NCBI GenBank assembly: GCA_964602805.1
Contig: CAZRSJ010000004.1
Coordinates: 1,604 to 65,603, forward strand
Length of the DNA stretch: 64,000 nucleotides
Direction: 5' to 3'
Source of the DNA: an uncultured Chromatiales bacterium
Lineage (GTDB): Bacteria; Pseudomonadota; Gammaproteobacteria; Poriferisulfidales; Poriferisulfidaceae
In this document: positions 18,678 to 29,839 of the stretch, in pieces
Numbering within the stretch: position 1 is the stretch's first letter
Layout: each line of letters starts with the position of its first letter
Position numbers and translations under genes: made by a program
Notes under the pieces: generated by a model
Seen by the model: the letters and a program-made list of their open reading frames with translations, nothing else
What the model was told of the DNA's origin: nothing
The model's database searches: none

Positions 18678-19649
18678 ATGTCAAAACCCAAAGTCATTGC
18701 CACGCGTCGCTGGCCGGAGCCGGTCGAGGCGCATCTGTTCGAGCACTACGATTTCACGCTCAACGAAGATGACCACCCGATGAGCGTGGACGAGCTGCAT
18801 CAGGCTCTGCGCGAGTACGATGCGGTCTGCCCGACCGTGACGGACCCGATCACTGCCGAGGTACTCGGCATTGACGGCATCCGCGCGAGAATCCTGGGCA
18901 ATTTCGGCGTGGGCTTCAACCATATCGACTTGGACGCAGCCAAGCAGGCTGGCCTCGTGGTGACCAATACGCCGGAAGTCCTGACCGACTGCACCGCCGA
19001 TATCGCCATGAATCTGTTGCTGACCGCCGCCCGCCGCACCGGCGAAGGCGAACGGCACCTGCGCGCCGGGGAATGGGCCGGTTGGCGCCCGACCCACATG
19101 CTGGCGACCAAGGTCACCGGCAAGACTCTGGGCTGCGTCGGCTTCGGCCGCATCGCCCAGGCCATGGCCCAGCGCTGCCATTTCGGTTTTGGCATGAAGG
19201 TGATCTTCCATGACCCGTACCCGCCGAAGCCGGAAATCGTGGAAAAATTCCAGGCGACTGCCTGCAATTCGGTCGAGGAAGTGCTGGAGCAGGCCGATTT
19301 CATATCCCTGCATTGCCCGGGCGGCGAATCGACCTACCACCTGATCAACGATGAGCGCCTGGCCCGGATGAAATCTTCCGCCATACTGGTCAATTCCGCA
19401 CGAGGCGACATCATCGACAACCAGGCCCTGATCAAGGCGTTGAAGAATGGCACCATCGCGGGGGCCGGGCTCGACGTCTTCGAAGGCGAACCCAAGCTCG
19501 ACCCGGGATTTTTGGGTCTCGAGAATGCGGTTCTGGTGCCGCACCTCGGAAGCGCATCGACCGAAACCCGGATCGCCATGGGCATGCGGGTGGTCGAGAA
19601 CCTGGATCTGTTCTTCTCTGACCAGGAGCCGCGCGACCGCGTCGCCTGA
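18678..19649 (+). CDS. hprA: hydroxypyruvate reductase / glycerate dehydrogenase (D-isomer-specific 2-hydroxyacid dehydrogenase)
   Basis: NAD-binding GXGXXG (LGCVGFGRIAQAMAQ) and catalytic Arg/Glu/His region (SARGDIID, VLVPHLGSAS). The serine-cycle context supports an HprA assignment. Confidence 0.8.
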   Translation: MSKPKVIATRRWPEPVEAHLFEHYDFTLNEDDHPMSVDELHQALREYDAVCPTVTDPITAEVLGIDGIRARILGNFGVGFNHIDLDAAKQAGLVVTNTPEVLTDCTADIAMNLLLTAARRTGEGERHLRAGEWAGWRPTHMLATKVTGKTLGCVGFGRIAQAMAQRCHFGFGMKVIFHDPYPPKPEIVEKFQATACNSVEEVLEQADFISLHCPGGESTYHLINDERLARMKSSAILVNSARGDIIDNQALIKALKNGTIAGAGLDVFEGEPKLDPGFLGLENAVLVPHLGSASTETRIAMGMRVVENLDLFFSDQEPRDRVA

Positions 19650-19678
19650 GCACCCGCTCCGGGATCGGCCCCGCCTGC

Positions 19679-22381
19679 ATGCCGTCCGACGTCGCCGCTT
19701 CTGCCGATCGCCCGGAAGACCGTATACGCGTCGACACCCTGCGCTATACCGAGAGTATGGTGCAGCAGTTGGGCGGGCTGCTGCTGGAAGTCATTCGCCG
19801 CCGCACCCCGGAAATCGTCCCGCTTCTTGAAAGCCGAGGACAAATAACCTCGGAGACCCGGTTGCGGGTTCTCCAGGCCTACGGGATCGGCTTCCAACTG
19901 TTCAATATCGCCGAGCAGAACGCGGCAATCCGGCATCGCCGGGCAATCGAGGACGAACTCGGGCCGCAACAGGTTCCCGGTTCTTTTTCTGCCGCGCTCG
20001 CGCATGCCCGCGCTGTTGGGCTTGACGCTGAAGCCGTTCGCGACCGCCTGCGGGGCGCGCAGGTCGTGCCGGTGCTGACGGCGCACCCGACCGAGGCCAA
20101 GCGGGTGACGGTGCTGGAAATCCACCGACGCATCTACGTGCTGCTCAAAGAACTGGAAGAAACCCGCTACACGGAGCGGGAGCGCCAGCGCATGATCGAT
20201 GCCATCAGCGACGAGATCGACCTGCTGTGGATGACTGGAGAAATTCGCTTGACCAAACCGACCGTGCCGGAAGAAGTCGCGTGGATTCTCCACTTCTTCG
20301 ACGAATCACTCTACCGCGGCGCGCGGGACCTGTTCTGGCAGTTGTCGCAGGCGCTAGAGGAGCACTATCCCGACGCGCAGTTCGAGACGCCGCCGCTGCT
20401 CCACTTCGGTTGCTGGGTCGGTGGCGATCGCGACGGCAATCCCCACGTGACGCCCGAGGTGACCCGGGAGGCCCTCGACGGCTACCGGGAAGCCGCACTG
20501 TCGCACCTGTCCCGGCAGATGGCCGAGGCCCGAAGCCGGCTGTCTATTGCCGCCCATGCGGTGACGGTGCCGGCAGAGTTCTTGTCGCGGCTGGACGTGA
20601 TGCTGGGTGGGCAGGAGGACGCCAAGGCGCTGCGCGCCCGCAATCCCCAGGAAGTATTCCGGCAGTACCTGAACCTTTTGATGCGCCGCCTCGAAGCCAC
20701 CCAAAATGAGGCGCCGGATGGATACGCCAACGCGACCGAACTGGTGGATGACCTAAAAGCCTTGGAGAAAGGTCTACGGGAAACCGATTGCGGCTCCATC
20801 GCCGACTTGCTGGTGCGCCCGCTGCGCTTGGAAGCGCAAGTATTCGGTTTTCATACCGTGAGCCTGGACATTCGCGAGAACAGCACCGTGATCAACAACA
20901 CTCTGGCGGCCCTGTATCGCCAGATGGAAGGGGAGGAACCGCCGGAGCCGGGCAGCGAGGCATGGCGGGAATGGTTGAAGCGGCGGCTCGCCGAACCCAT
21001 GGAAACCCTCCCCGAATTTGAACTCGGGGATGAGATGGCACAGCGCACCCTGGAGCTGTTCCAGTTGCTCGGCGAGATCGCGGTCCGGCGCGGGATGGAG
21101 CCGTTCGGGGCCTTCATCCTGAGCATGACGCACACGTCGGCGGATCTGCTCGGGGTGTATCTCCTTGCCAAGTACGGCGGGCTGTTTTCCGATCTCAAGA
21201 ACTGTGAAACCTGCCGCCTGCCGGTGGTGCCGCTGCTGGAGACGATCGACGACCTGCGCCGGGGACCCGTGTTGCTGCGCGAGATGCTGGATGTCCCGAT
21301 GGTGCGCCGCAGCGTCCGCGCCGGCCCTGGAGTCATGGAGGTCATGGTCGGGTATTCCGACTCCAACAAGGATGGTGGATTTCTGTGCTCCAACCATGAA
21401 GTGTCGCTGGCCCAGGCCCGAATGCGCCGGGTGGGCGAGGAGCGCGGCGTGCCGGTGGCGTTCTTCCATGGACGCGGCGGATCTTCGTCACGCGGCGGGA
21501 TGCCGGCGGGTCGCGCGATTGCCGCCCAGCCGCCGGGCACTATCGGGGGGCGGATGCGCCTGACCGAGCAGGGCGAAGTGGTGTCGGGAAAATACGCGAA
21601 CCGCGGCTATGCGGAAACGCAACTGGAGATCCTGGCGGCCAGCGTACTGGAACATTCCCTGCCTGGAGACGAGGATCGCCACCCCGGGTTCGAGGAGGCG
21701 ATGGAGGCCTTGTCGAAGCTGTCGTACACCGCCTACCGGAAACTGGCCGACCACCCTGGCCTGGTCATGTTCTACCAGGATGCCTCGCCGGTCGAGGAGC
21801 TGGCGTTGCTCAAGATCGGTTCCCGCCCGATGCGCCGGTTCGGCGCCAATACTTTGGACGACCTGCGTGCCATCCCTTGGGTGTTTGCCTGGACGCAGAA
21901 CCGGATGATGGTTCCGGGCTGGTACGGCGTAGGGGATGCCATTACGGAGTTCATCCGGGTGCGGGGTGAGGCCGGTGAAAAACTTTTGCGCGAGATGTTC
22001 GAGCAGCACCGCCTGTTCCGATTGGTGATCGACGAAGTGGAGAAGACCCTGTTTCAGGTTCAACTTGACATTGCGCGGGATTACGCTGCATTGGTCCCGG
22101 ATCCCGAGGTGGGGGCCGAGATTTTTGCCATGATTGAGCAGGAATACGAGCGGACCTGTGAGGCCGTGCTTCGGGTATCTGGCAGCGAGGCTCTGTGCGA
22201 CCGTTTCGTGATGTTCAGCGACCGCCTGTCGCGGCGGCTGCCGATCATCGACCGGGTCAGTCGCGAACAGGTCGAACTGATCAAGCTGTGCCGGAGCCAA
22301 GAGCGTCCGGAGACTTTGGACTTGGTTCCACTGCTGCTGTCGATCAACTGCGTGGCGGCCGGGTTGGGCTGGACCGGTTGA
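19679..22381 (+). CDS. ppc: phosphoenolpyruvate carboxylase (serine-cycle-associated copy)
   Basis: 900 aa with the PEPC signatures VLTAHPTEAKR, GCWVGGDRDGNPHVT, FHGRGGSSSRGGMPA and AIPWVFAWTQNR. Confidence 0.9.
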   Translation: MPSDVAASADRPEDRIRVDTLRYTESMVQQLGGLLLEVIRRRTPEIVPLLESRGQITSETRLRVLQAYGIGFQLFNIAEQNAAIRHRRAIEDELGPQQVPGSFSAALAHARAVGLDAEAVRDRLRGAQVVPVLTAHPTEAKRVTVLEIHRRIYVLLKELEETRYTERERQRMIDAISDEIDLLWMTGEIRLTKPTVPEEVAWILHFFDESLYRGARDLFWQLSQALEEHYPDAQFETPPLLHFGCWVGGDRDGNPHVTPEVTREALDGYREAALSHLSRQMAEARSRLSIAAHAVTVPAEFLSRLDVMLGGQEDAKALRARNPQEVFRQYLNLLMRRLEATQNEAPDGYANATELVDDLKALEKGLRETDCGSIADLLVRPLRLEAQVFGFHTVSLDIRENSTVINNTLAALYRQMEGEEPPEPGSEAWREWLKRRLAEPMETLPEFELGDEMAQRTLELFQLLGEIAVRRGMEPFGAFILSMTHTSADLLGVYLLAKYGGLFSDLKNCETCRLPVVPLLETIDDLRRGPVLLREMLDVPMVRRSVRAGPGVMEVMVGYSDSNKDGGFLCSNHEVSLAQARMRRVGEERGVPVAFFHGRGGSSSRGGMPAGRAIAAQPPGTIGGRMRLTEQGEVVSGKYANRGYAETQLEILAASVLEHSLPGDEDRHPGFEEAMEALSKLSYTAYRKLADHPGLVMFYQDASPVEELALLKIGSRPMRRFGANTLDDLRAIPWVFAWTQNRMMVPGWYGVGDAITEFIRVRGEAGEKLLREMFEQHRLFRLVIDEVEKTLFQVQLDIARDYAALVPDPEVGAEIFAMIEQEYERTCEAVLRVSGSEALCDRFVMFSDRLSRRLPIIDRVSREQVELIKLCRSQERPETLDLVPLLLSINCVAAGLGWTG

Positions 22382-22421
22382 CGCCCACATCATTTAAAAT
22401 TCGCCGATCTTGGAAGGACCC

Positions 22422-23282
22422 ATGAAGAAACTGCTCTTTCATCTGGACACGGACGCCCAGCCATCCGCCTTCGACCAGGTGGTCGCCTACGATGGAGGCG
22501 CGGATGCCGTCCTGGCCTACGGCGGGATCACTGCCGACAACTGCTTCTCGCTGGTGGAAGGTGCGATCTTCACCCGCGCGCCGAAAAACAAGCGCTATAC
22601 CGCGATCCTGATCGGCGGCAGCGACCTGGCACAGGCCGAAGCCCTCATGGACACCGTGAAGTCCCAGTTTTTCCAAGGTTTCCGGGTGTCGTTGATGATG
22701 GACGCCAATGGCTGCAACACTACCGCGGCGGCGGCGGTCGCGATGCTGGGCGCCGCGCATCCGCTTGAAGGCTCCAGCGCGACGGTGCTGGCCGGAACCG
22801 GGCCGGTTGGCCAGCGCGCCGCGGTCATGTTGGCGCAGTCGGGAGCCCAAGTGCGCCTGACTTCACGCAAACTGGAGCGCGCCCAGCAGGCGTGCGAGGG
22901 AATTTCGGAGCGCTATGGCGTGGCGGTGGAACCCATGGCGGCATCGGATGCGGCCGGGACGGCCGCCGCGGTCGAAGGCGCGGCCATCGTCCTGGCTACG
23001 GGTCAGGCCGGGGTGCAGTTGCTGCCGACCGAAATCTGGCAGGCGTCGTCCAGCCTGCGTGCGGTCGGGGATGTGGGAACTTGCCCGCCTCTGGGCGTGG
23101 AGGGCATGGACATGACCGATGGCGGTCGAGAAGTTGGCGGAATCTCCCTATTTGGCGGGCTGGCCTTTGGGGCCTTGAAACTCCGAACCCACCGCGAGGC
23201 GATCTCGCGGATGTTCGAGAGCAACGATCAGGTTTGGGATGCCGAGGAGACGCTGGCCCTGGCCCGCGAGCTTTACGACTGA
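22422..23282 (+). CDS. mtdA: NADP-dependent methylene-tetrahydrofolate/methylene-H4MPT dehydrogenase
   Basis: 287 aa. From memory it appears collinear with Methylobacterium MtdA (KKLLF-DTDA-PS-FD-VV-YDGGAD, GCNTTAAAAVAML, VLAGTGPVGQRAA, LKLRTHREAISRMFES). Start taken at the second Met. Confidence 0.8.
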   Translation: MKKLLFHLDTDAQPSAFDQVVAYDGGADAVLAYGGITADNCFSLVEGAIFTRAPKNKRYTAILIGGSDLAQAEALMDTVKSQFFQGFRVSLMMDANGCNTTAAAAVAMLGAAHPLEGSSATVLAGTGPVGQRAAVMLAQSGAQVRLTSRKLERAQQACEGISERYGVAVEPMAASDAAGTAAAVEGAAIVLATGQAGVQLLPTEIWQASSSLRAVGDVGTCPPLGVEGMDMTDGGREVGGISLFGGLAFGALKLRTHREAISRMFESNDQVWDAEETLALARELYD

Positions 23283-23944
23283 CGCCGACGCAACTCGGTG
23301 TCGATCTGGTCGATCTGTTCCTTTAGCGTTTCAGCCTGGTAGCGAAGTTCCAGCCGCTCGCGCGCTTCTTGGACCAAGCGATAGGTTTCTTTCAGGCGCT
23401 GGGAGTGTCGGCCGAGTATCGTCTCGGGATTCCCATGATCCTGAAGCATCCGATCCCGCATAACCTGCTTCCTTTGCATGATGGTCATCATCGCGGCGTA
23501 ACTGACGCCCAGGCGGAAGTCGTAAGGCTTGTACCTCTGCAGGGTGGTGACTTCCGGACGCAATTCCTCGACGATCTTGATCAACGTACGCCGGAAGTTC
23601 ATCAGGTCTTCCTTGAGCGTTCCCTCGACTTCGTAGTGCTTGATGATCTGCGGGATCAGGTCGATGATCTGGATGCGTTCGTCATCGTAGACTAGGAGCG
23701 CGTGGAGCAATTGCTTCTCCAGTTCTTCGATGGAGAGGGTGGAGGCGGTGTCCAGTTGTTCGGCGTAGGTTTCGCGCTGAGCCCTGAGTTCGCTGACCGT
23801 GCTGTCTTGCAATGATTCCGCGGAAGGCGTGGCCGTGCGCGGGATGTCGACGACCGGATGCGGGGGTTCGCTCTCCGCGTAGGCGCAAAGCGACAGAGCG
23901 GCCAGCAGGACGCCCGGCAAGAAGGAGTGGATGCGTGACGGCAT
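23273..23944 (-). CDS. hypothetical secreted protein
   Basis: ORF 23273-24025. The internal Met at 23944 is followed by a signal peptide (FLPGVLLAALSLCAYA). The rest is mostly predicted helical. No family recognised. Its end overlaps the 3' end of mtdA. Confidence 0.5.
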   Translation of the reverse strand: MPSRIHSFLPGVLLAALSLCAYAESEPPHPVVDIPRTATPSAESLQDSTVSELRAQRETYAEQLDTASTLSIEELEKQLLHALLVYDDERIQIIDLIPQIIKHYEVEGTLKEDLMNFRRTLIKIVEELRPEVTTLQRYKPYDFRLGVSYAAMMTIMQRKQVMRDRMLQDHGNPETILGRHSQRLKETYRLVQEARERLELRYQAETLKEQIDQIDTELRRRQS

Positions 23945-24084
23945 AGGTAGAGAAAGGCCAGAATGGATAGTATAACCGGATGAATGGTGCCGTTTCTCGT
24001 GTAGCGGATTACCACGCGAGCGCATTTGCCACGCCTAAAATTTGCCAATTTCCCGACTTCCGGGGAAAATACGCACCTTAGTCA

Positions 24085-26121
24085 ATGACCCCACCTGAAA
24101 ACCCTTCTTCTTCCGGGCCAATGCCTGCACCGCGAACGCTGGCCAACGCCATCCGGGCGTTGAGCATGGATGCTGTCGAACAAGCCGCCTCCGGCCATCC
24201 CGGCATGCCGATGGGAATGGCGGACATCGCGGAAGTCCTGTGGCGTCGACACCTCAAGCACAACCCCGCCAACCCCGCCTGGCCGGACCGGGACCGCTTC
24301 GTGGTCTCCAACGGGCACGGCTCCATGCTGCTGTACAGCCTGTTGCACCTGACCGGGTATCCGTTGGCGATGGAAGAACTCCGGGCCTTCCGCCAACTGC
24401 ACTCGCGCACGCCCGGGCACCCGGAGCTTGATCGGGACATCGGGGTCGAGACGACGACCGGCCCCCTGGGCCAGGGATTGGCCAACGCGGTCGGGATGGC
24501 GCTGGCGGAACGGTTGCTGGGGGACCGCTACAACCGTGACGGGCATGAGGTGGTCAATCACCGGACCTATGTGTTCGCGGGCGACGGATGCCTGATGGAA
24601 GGCGTCTCGCACGAGGCGTGCAGTCTGGCCGGTACGCTCCGTCTGGGCAAACTGATCGTGTTCTACGACGACAACGGCATCTCGATCGATGGCGAGACCG
24701 AGGGCTGGTTTACCGACGATACGGCTGGGCGCTTTTCCGCCTACGGCTGGCATGTGATCCCGGGCATCGACGGGCATGATCCAGAGGCGGTGGATCAGGC
24801 CATTCGCGAAGCCCAGGCCGATCCCCGGCCGTCGTTTCTTTGCTGTCGAACCGTGATCGGTTACGGCGCCCCGCAGAAGCAGGGCACTGCAGACACGCAC
24901 GGCGCTCCGCTTGGCGCCGAGGAAGTGGCGCGAGCGCGAGAGACCCTGGACTGGCCCCACCCTCCTTTCGAGGTTCCGACCGAAATTCGCGAAGCCTGGG
25001 ACGCCCGAGAGAAAGGTGCGGAACTGGAGTCCCAATGGCAGGCGCGCATGGACAACTATGCCGCCAGTTGCCCGGAGGATGCGACCGAACTGACCCGGCG
25101 TCTGGAAGGCGACTTGCCGGAGGCGTTCACGGAGGCGATTGACGCCCATATCAAGAACCAGCTGATGGAGCCCGCAAAGGCGGCGACCCGCAAGCACTCC
25201 GGGAACACCTTGGATGCAATCGCTGGCAGCCTGCCGGAACTGATCGGCGGTTCGGCGGATCTGACCGGGTCCAACAACACCCAACCCAAGGGCAGCCGCG
25301 CCATCAGCGCGGACGAATCCGGCACTTACATCTACTACGGGGTCCGGGAGTTCGGCATGGGAGCCGTGATGAACGGCTTGGCTCTGCACGGCGGATTCAT
25401 CCCGTATGGCGGAACCTTCCTGACGTTCTCCGACTACGCCCGAAACTCTATCCGCATGGCGGCATTGATGCACCAACGGGTGATTTTCGTCCTGACGCAC
25501 GATTCCATCGGCCTGGGCGAGGACGGCCCGACCCATCAGGCGGTGGAGCATCTGGCGAGCCTCAGGCTGATTCCGGGGCTCGAAGTCTGGCGACCGGCCG
25601 ACGCCGTGGAGACCGCAGTCGCCTGGAAATGCGCGCTGCAGCCCGGGAACGGGCCGACTGCATTGGCGCTGTCGCGCCAGTCTGTGGCGCAACTGGAGCA
25701 CACCCCGGAAACCGTTGCGCTGTCCGCACGTGGTGGGTACGTGCTGGTGGATTCGGACGGACCGCCGGAACTGATTTTGCTTGCCACCGGGTCCGAAGTC
25801 GGGCTGGCCGTCGAATGCGCCGCGGCTCTGGACGGGATCCGGACACGGGTCGTGTCGATGCCCTGCATGGAACAGTTTGCCCGGCAGGACCCGGGCTACC
25901 AGGAACAGGTCCTGCCGAGCGAGGTTTCCGCCCGGATCGCGGTCGAGGCGGGAGTCGGCGCGCCGTGGCACCGCTGGATAGGACCGCAAGGACGCGTGTT
26001 GGGGGTTGAGGAATTCGGCCATTCGGCACCAGGCGCCCGGGTGATGGAACACTTCGGGTTTACCGTGGAAAACTTGACAACGATGGCCCGGGAAATGTTG
26101 GGTCAGGGAGTGACAGCATGA
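24085..26121 (+). CDS. tkt: transketolase
   Basis: TPP-binding motifs [26 protein letters not shown] and the transketolase C-terminal domain. The start may instead be the Met at 24121. Confidence 0.95.
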   Translation: MTPPENPSSSGPMPAPRTLANAIRALSMDAVEQAASGHPGMPMGMADIAEVLWRRHLKHNPANPAWPDRDRFVVSNGHGSMLLYSLLHLTGYPLAMEELRAFRQLHSRTPGHPELDRDIGVETTTGPLGQGLANAVGMALAERLLGDRYNRDGHEVVNHRTYVFAGDGCLMEGVSHEACSLAGTLRLGKLIVFYDDNGISIDGETEGWFTDDTAGRFSAYGWHVIPGIDGHDPEAVDQAIREAQADPRPSFLCCRTVIGYGAPQKQGTADTHGAPLGAEEVARARETLDWPHPPFEVPTEIREAWDAREKGAELESQWQARMDNYAASCPEDATELTRRLEGDLPEAFTEAIDAHIKNQLMEPAKAATRKHSGNTLDAIAGSLPELIGGSADLTGSNNTQPKGSRAISADESGTYIYYGVREFGMGAVMNGLALHGGFIPYGGTFLTFSDYARNSIRMAALMHQRVIFVLTHDSIGLGEDGPTHQAVEHLASLRLIPGLEVWRPADAVETAVAWKCALQPGNGPTALALSRQSVAQLEHTPETVALSARGGYVLVDSDGPPELILLATGSEVGLAVECAAALDGIRTRVVSMPCMEQFARQDPGYQEQVLPSEVSARIAVEAGVGAPWHRWIGPQGRVLGVEEFGHSAPGARVMEHFGFTVENLTTMAREMLGQGVTA

Positions 26122-27134
26122 GCATTCGGGTAGGAATCAACGGTTATGGACGCATTGGGCGCAACATCTTGCGTGCCCTTTACGAAGCCGGGCGGCAGGA
26201 TGAAATCAGCATTGTTGCCATCAACGACATTGGCGATTTGGAGGTCAGCGCGCATCTGACCCGCTACGACTCGGCGCATGGGCCGTTCAACCTGAGCGTG
26301 CAGGCTGACGGAGACGCCATGATGGTGGGAGACGACCGAATCCGGTTCACCGCCTGCCGCAACCCGGCCGACATTCCCTGGAAGGAGTCGGAAGTGGATG
26401 TGGTGATCGAGTCGACCGGCCTTTTTGCGTCGCGCGAAAAATCGCAAGGTCATCTGGAGGCAGGCGCGCCCCGGGTGCTGATCTCGGCTCCGGCTGGCAA
26501 GGACGTGGATGCGACCGTGGTGTATGGCGTCAATCACGACCAGTTGGGCCCGGATCACGTCGTGGTCTCCAATGCTTCCTGCACGACGAACTGCCTGGCG
26601 CCGCTGGCCAAGGTCCTGATGGAATCGGTCGGGATCGAGTCCGGCATCATGACCACCATCCATTCGTATACCAATGACCAGGTGCTGACGGACGTGGCGC
26701 ACAGCGACCTGCGCCGGGCCCGTTCGGCCACGCAGTCGATGATTCCGACCGCGACCGGCGCGGCGCGGGCGGTCGGCCTGGTGCTGCCGGAACTCGACGG
26801 CCGCCTGGACGGGTTCGCCATCCGCGTGCCGACCATCAACGTTTCGGTGGTGGACTTGAGTTTCATCGCCAGCCGCGAGACGAACGCGGAAGAAGTCAAC
26901 GCGGCCGTGCGCGCGGCAGCCGAGGGACCATTGAAAGGCGTTTTGGCGTACAGCGAGGAGCCCCTGGTCTCGATCGACTTCAATCACAGCCCGGCGTCGT
27001 CCTCGCTTGATGCTTCGCTGACCAAGGTGCTTCCGGGCAACCTGGTCAAGGTTCTCTCGTGGTACGACAACGAGTGGGGCTTTTCCAATCGTATGCTGGA
27101 TGTCATTGCGGCCTGGATGCGTGCCTCCGCATGA
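26118..27134 (+). CDS. gap: glyceraldehyde-3-phosphate dehydrogenase (type I)
   Basis: [12 protein letters not shown] motif and the catalytic [12 protein letters not shown]. Confidence 0.95.
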   Translation: MSIRVGINGYGRIGRNILRALYEAGRQDEISIVAINDIGDLEVSAHLTRYDSAHGPFNLSVQADGDAMMVGDDRIRFTACRNPADIPWKESEVDVVIESTGLFASREKSQGHLEAGAPRVLISAPAGKDVDATVVYGVNHDQLGPDHVVVSNASCTTNCLAPLAKVLMESVGIESGIMTTIHSYTNDQVLTDVAHSDLRRARSATQSMIPTATGAARAVGLVLPELDGRLDGFAIRVPTINVSVVDLSFIASRETNAEEVNAAVRAAAEGPLKGVLAYSEEPLVSIDFNHSPASSSLDASLTKVLPGNLVKVLSWYDNEWGFSNRMLDVIAAWMRASA

Positions 27135-28303
27135 GCATGCCCCCCGGTTTGCCGGGCAAGCTCAAGCCGGGCAGCCGGGTACTGTTGCGCACCGACTTGA
27201 ACGTACCAATCGAATCCGGCCGCATCACGGCGGATGAACGGATTCGCGCCAGCATCCAGACCCTTCGCCGCCTGCAGCAGGCCCGATGCCGTGTCCTGGT
27301 GATGTCGCATCTGGGGCGGCCGCAGGAAGGGCGCTACGATGCAGCCGCTTCCTTGGAACCGGTCGCGATGGCTTTGTCGGAGCGGTTGGGCGAACCGGCG
27401 TTTTTCCGGCGCGACTGGATCGACGGCGTGGAGTCCAAGCCGGGTCGCGTCACCTTGCTTGAAAACGTGCGGTTTCTCGAAGGGGAGACTGGGAACAGCG
27501 ATGATCTGGGCCGACGCATGGCGGCCTTGTGCGATCTCTACGTGATGGATGCCTTCGGCAGCGCGCATCGGGCGCATGCCTCGACCCATGCGGTGGCCCG
27601 GTACGCCCCGCGCGCCTGTGCCGGCCCTTTGTTAAGGCGTGAACTGCGGATGCTGCAGCGCGCCCTGGAGAAGCCGGAACGCCCGTTGGTGGCAATTGTT
27701 GGTGGCGCCAAGGTGTCGACCAAGATCGAGGTGCTGGAACGTTTGGCTGAGATTGCTGACGAATTGATCGTTGGCGGTGGGATTGCCAACACGTTCATGG
27801 CGGCGGCAGGCCTGGACATCGGGGATTCCCTGCACGAACCGGCGCAGTTGGATCTCGCACGACGGCTGATGAAGCCTTCTTCCCGGCGCCGGGCGACCGT
27901 CCCGTTGCCCCAGGATGTGGTCTGTGAGCTTCCCGGTTCGCGCGAGCCGGTCGTTCGCGAAGCGGACGAGGTGCGCCCGGGAGAGCGGATCATGGACGTG
28001 GGGCCAAAAACCCGGAATCACTATGACCGGCTCGTTGCCCGGGCCCGGACGGTGATCTGGAACGGCCCGCTGGGCGTGTTTGAGGATCCGCGCTTTGCAG
28101 CCGGAACGAAGGCCTTGGGACATGCCATTGCGGGTTCGCAAGCCTTTTCTATTGCGGGCGGGGGTGATACGCTGGCCGCTGTGGGGAGTTTTCGGATAAA
28201 GAGCAAGATGTCCTATTTGTCGACCGGCGGAGGTGCATTCCTGGAGTATGCGGCGGGTCGCACGCTTCCGGCCGTTGAAATTCTCAAGACGGTGGCCTCA
28301 TGA
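27131..28303 (+). CDS. pgk: phosphoglycerate kinase
   Basis: N-terminal LRTDLNVP-type substrate motif and C-terminal GGGDT-like ATP-binding region ([21 protein letters not shown]). Start at the ATG overlapping the gap stop (ATGA). Confidence 0.9.
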   Translation: MSMPPGLPGKLKPGSRVLLRTDLNVPIESGRITADERIRASIQTLRRLQQARCRVLVMSHLGRPQEGRYDAAASLEPVAMALSERLGEPAFFRRDWIDGVESKPGRVTLLENVRFLEGETGNSDDLGRRMAALCDLYVMDAFGSAHRAHASTHAVARYAPRACAGPLLRRELRMLQRALEKPERPLVAIVGGAKVSTKIEVLERLAEIADELIVGGGIANTFMAAAGLDIGDSLHEPAQLDLARRLMKPSSRRRATVPLPQDVVCELPGSREPVVREADEVRPGERIMDVGPKTRNHYDRLVARARTVIWNGPLGVFEDPRFAAGTKALGHAIAGSQAFSIAGGGDTLAAVGSFRIKSKMSYLSTGGGAFLEYAAGRTLPAVEILKTVAS

Positions 28304-29781
28304 CTGCGCCTTCCTCCGAACTTCGCCACCGGCGAACCAAGATCATCGCCACCTTGGGGCCGGCGACGGATTCGCCGGAGGTATTGCGCGACTTGATCGA
28401 TGCCGGCGTGGACGTGGTTCGCCTGAATTTTTCGCACGGCACCCAGGATGAGCACCGCGAGCGTGCAGAACGGATTCGCGAGATGACCGAGCCAAAATAC
28501 CATTTGGCGATTCTGGGTGATTTGCAGGGACCGAAGATTCGCATTACCGGTTTTCGTGACGGTTCGGTCACCCTCAAACCGGGCGACCCGTTCATTCTGG
28601 ACCCGCATCTCGAGCCGGATGCCGGTACCGAAGAAAGCGTCGGCCTGACTTACCCGGAGTTATCCGAAGATATCCGTGTCGGCGACGACCTGCTGCTGGA
28701 CGACGGCCGTCTTGTGCTGCAAGTCAAGGCGGTGGAGTCCGGCCGCATCATCACCGAGACCATCTCCGGGGGGGTTTTGCAGGATGCCAAGGGTCTCAAC
28801 CGTGCCGGTGGCGGCCTGTCGGCGCCTTCCATCAGCGCCAAGGATCATCAGGATATCCAGTTGGCCGCAGAAATCGGCGTGGACTATCTTGCGGTGTCCT
28901 ATCCCCGCAGTGGGGGCGACATCTACTATGCGCGCGAACTCCTGCGCGAGGCCGGCGGCAACGCGCACCTGATCGCGAAGATCGAACGGACCGAAGCGGT
29001 TGAGAATATCGACGAGATCCTGGATGCCTCGGATGCGATCATGGTGGCGCGTGGCGATCTGGGTGTGGAGATCGGCGACCCGGAACTGCCGGCGGTACAG
29101 AAGAGCTTGATCCGCAGGGCCTGGCGGCACAACCGGGTCGTGATCACGGCGACGCAGATGATGGAGTCGATGATCACCAGCACCATTCCGACGCGTGCGG
29201 AGGTGTTCGATGTCGCCAATGCCGTGCTGGACGGGACCGACGCCGTGATGCTGTCGGCAGAGACGGCGATTGGCAGCAACCCGGTTGAGGCGGTGCTGGC
29301 GATGAGCCGCATCTGCGTGGGCTCCGAAGGCAATGCCGCCGGCGATATCCTTGATCTCGCCAACGAAGAAGAGGACCTGTTCGGCACAGACGAGGCGATC
29401 GCGCTGTCGGCGATCTTCACCGCCAACCACCTGGAAGTCAAAGCGATTGCCGCCTTGACCGAATCCGGCTCCACCCCTCGCCAGATGTCGCGTTTCCGTT
29501 CCAGCATCCCGATTTATGCGGTTTCCCGCAATCTCGAGACGCGTCGCCGGGTCAACCTGTACCGAGGAGTGTACCCGGTCACCCTGCGCAGCATCAGTAC
29601 CGACCACGCCGAACTCAACCGAGACTTGGTCGAAGTGCTGAAGAAAAGCGGAGTGGTGACAGACGGAGATCGGGTGATCATCACCAAGGGCGATCTGGCA
29701 GGCGTGCAGGGAGGCACCAACGCCCTGAAGATCGTGGAAGCCGGAGCAATGCCCGAATCGCGGGGTGTGGCGGTCGAGTAG
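28300..29781 (+). CDS. pyk: pyruvate kinase
   Basis: KIIATLGPA, RLNFSHG and MVARGDLGVEI signatures. Confidence 0.9.
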   Translation: MTAPSSELRHRRTKIIATLGPATDSPEVLRDLIDAGVDVVRLNFSHGTQDEHRERAERIREMTEPKYHLAILGDLQGPKIRITGFRDGSVTLKPGDPFILDPHLEPDAGTEESVGLTYPELSEDIRVGDDLLLDDGRLVLQVKAVESGRIITETISGGVLQDAKGLNRAGGGLSAPSISAKDHQDIQLAAEIGVDYLAVSYPRSGGDIYYARELLREAGGNAHLIAKIERTEAVENIDEILDASDAIMVARGDLGVEIGDPELPAVQKSLIRRAWRHNRVVITATQMMESMITSTIPTRAEVFDVANAVLDGTDAVMLSAETAIGSNPVEAVLAMSRICVGSEGNAAGDILDLANEEEDLFGTDEAIALSAIFTANHLEVKAIAALTESGSTPRQMSRFRSSIPIYAVSRNLETRRRVNLYRGVYPVTLRSISTDHAELNRDLVEVLKKSGVVTDGDRVIITKGDLAGVQGGTNALKIVEAGAMPESRGVAVE

Positions 29782-29839
29782 CGATAGAATGAGCCGTTTG
29801 CGAACATTCCATTTTTTAACCTTTTAACCAGATTTTTTT

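Noticed and set aside
24082-26052. 656-aa minus-strand ORF spanning almost the whole transketolase gene.
   Set aside because: It is an exact mirror of tkt, which has TPP-binding motifs. It is a GC-driven open frame, not a gene.
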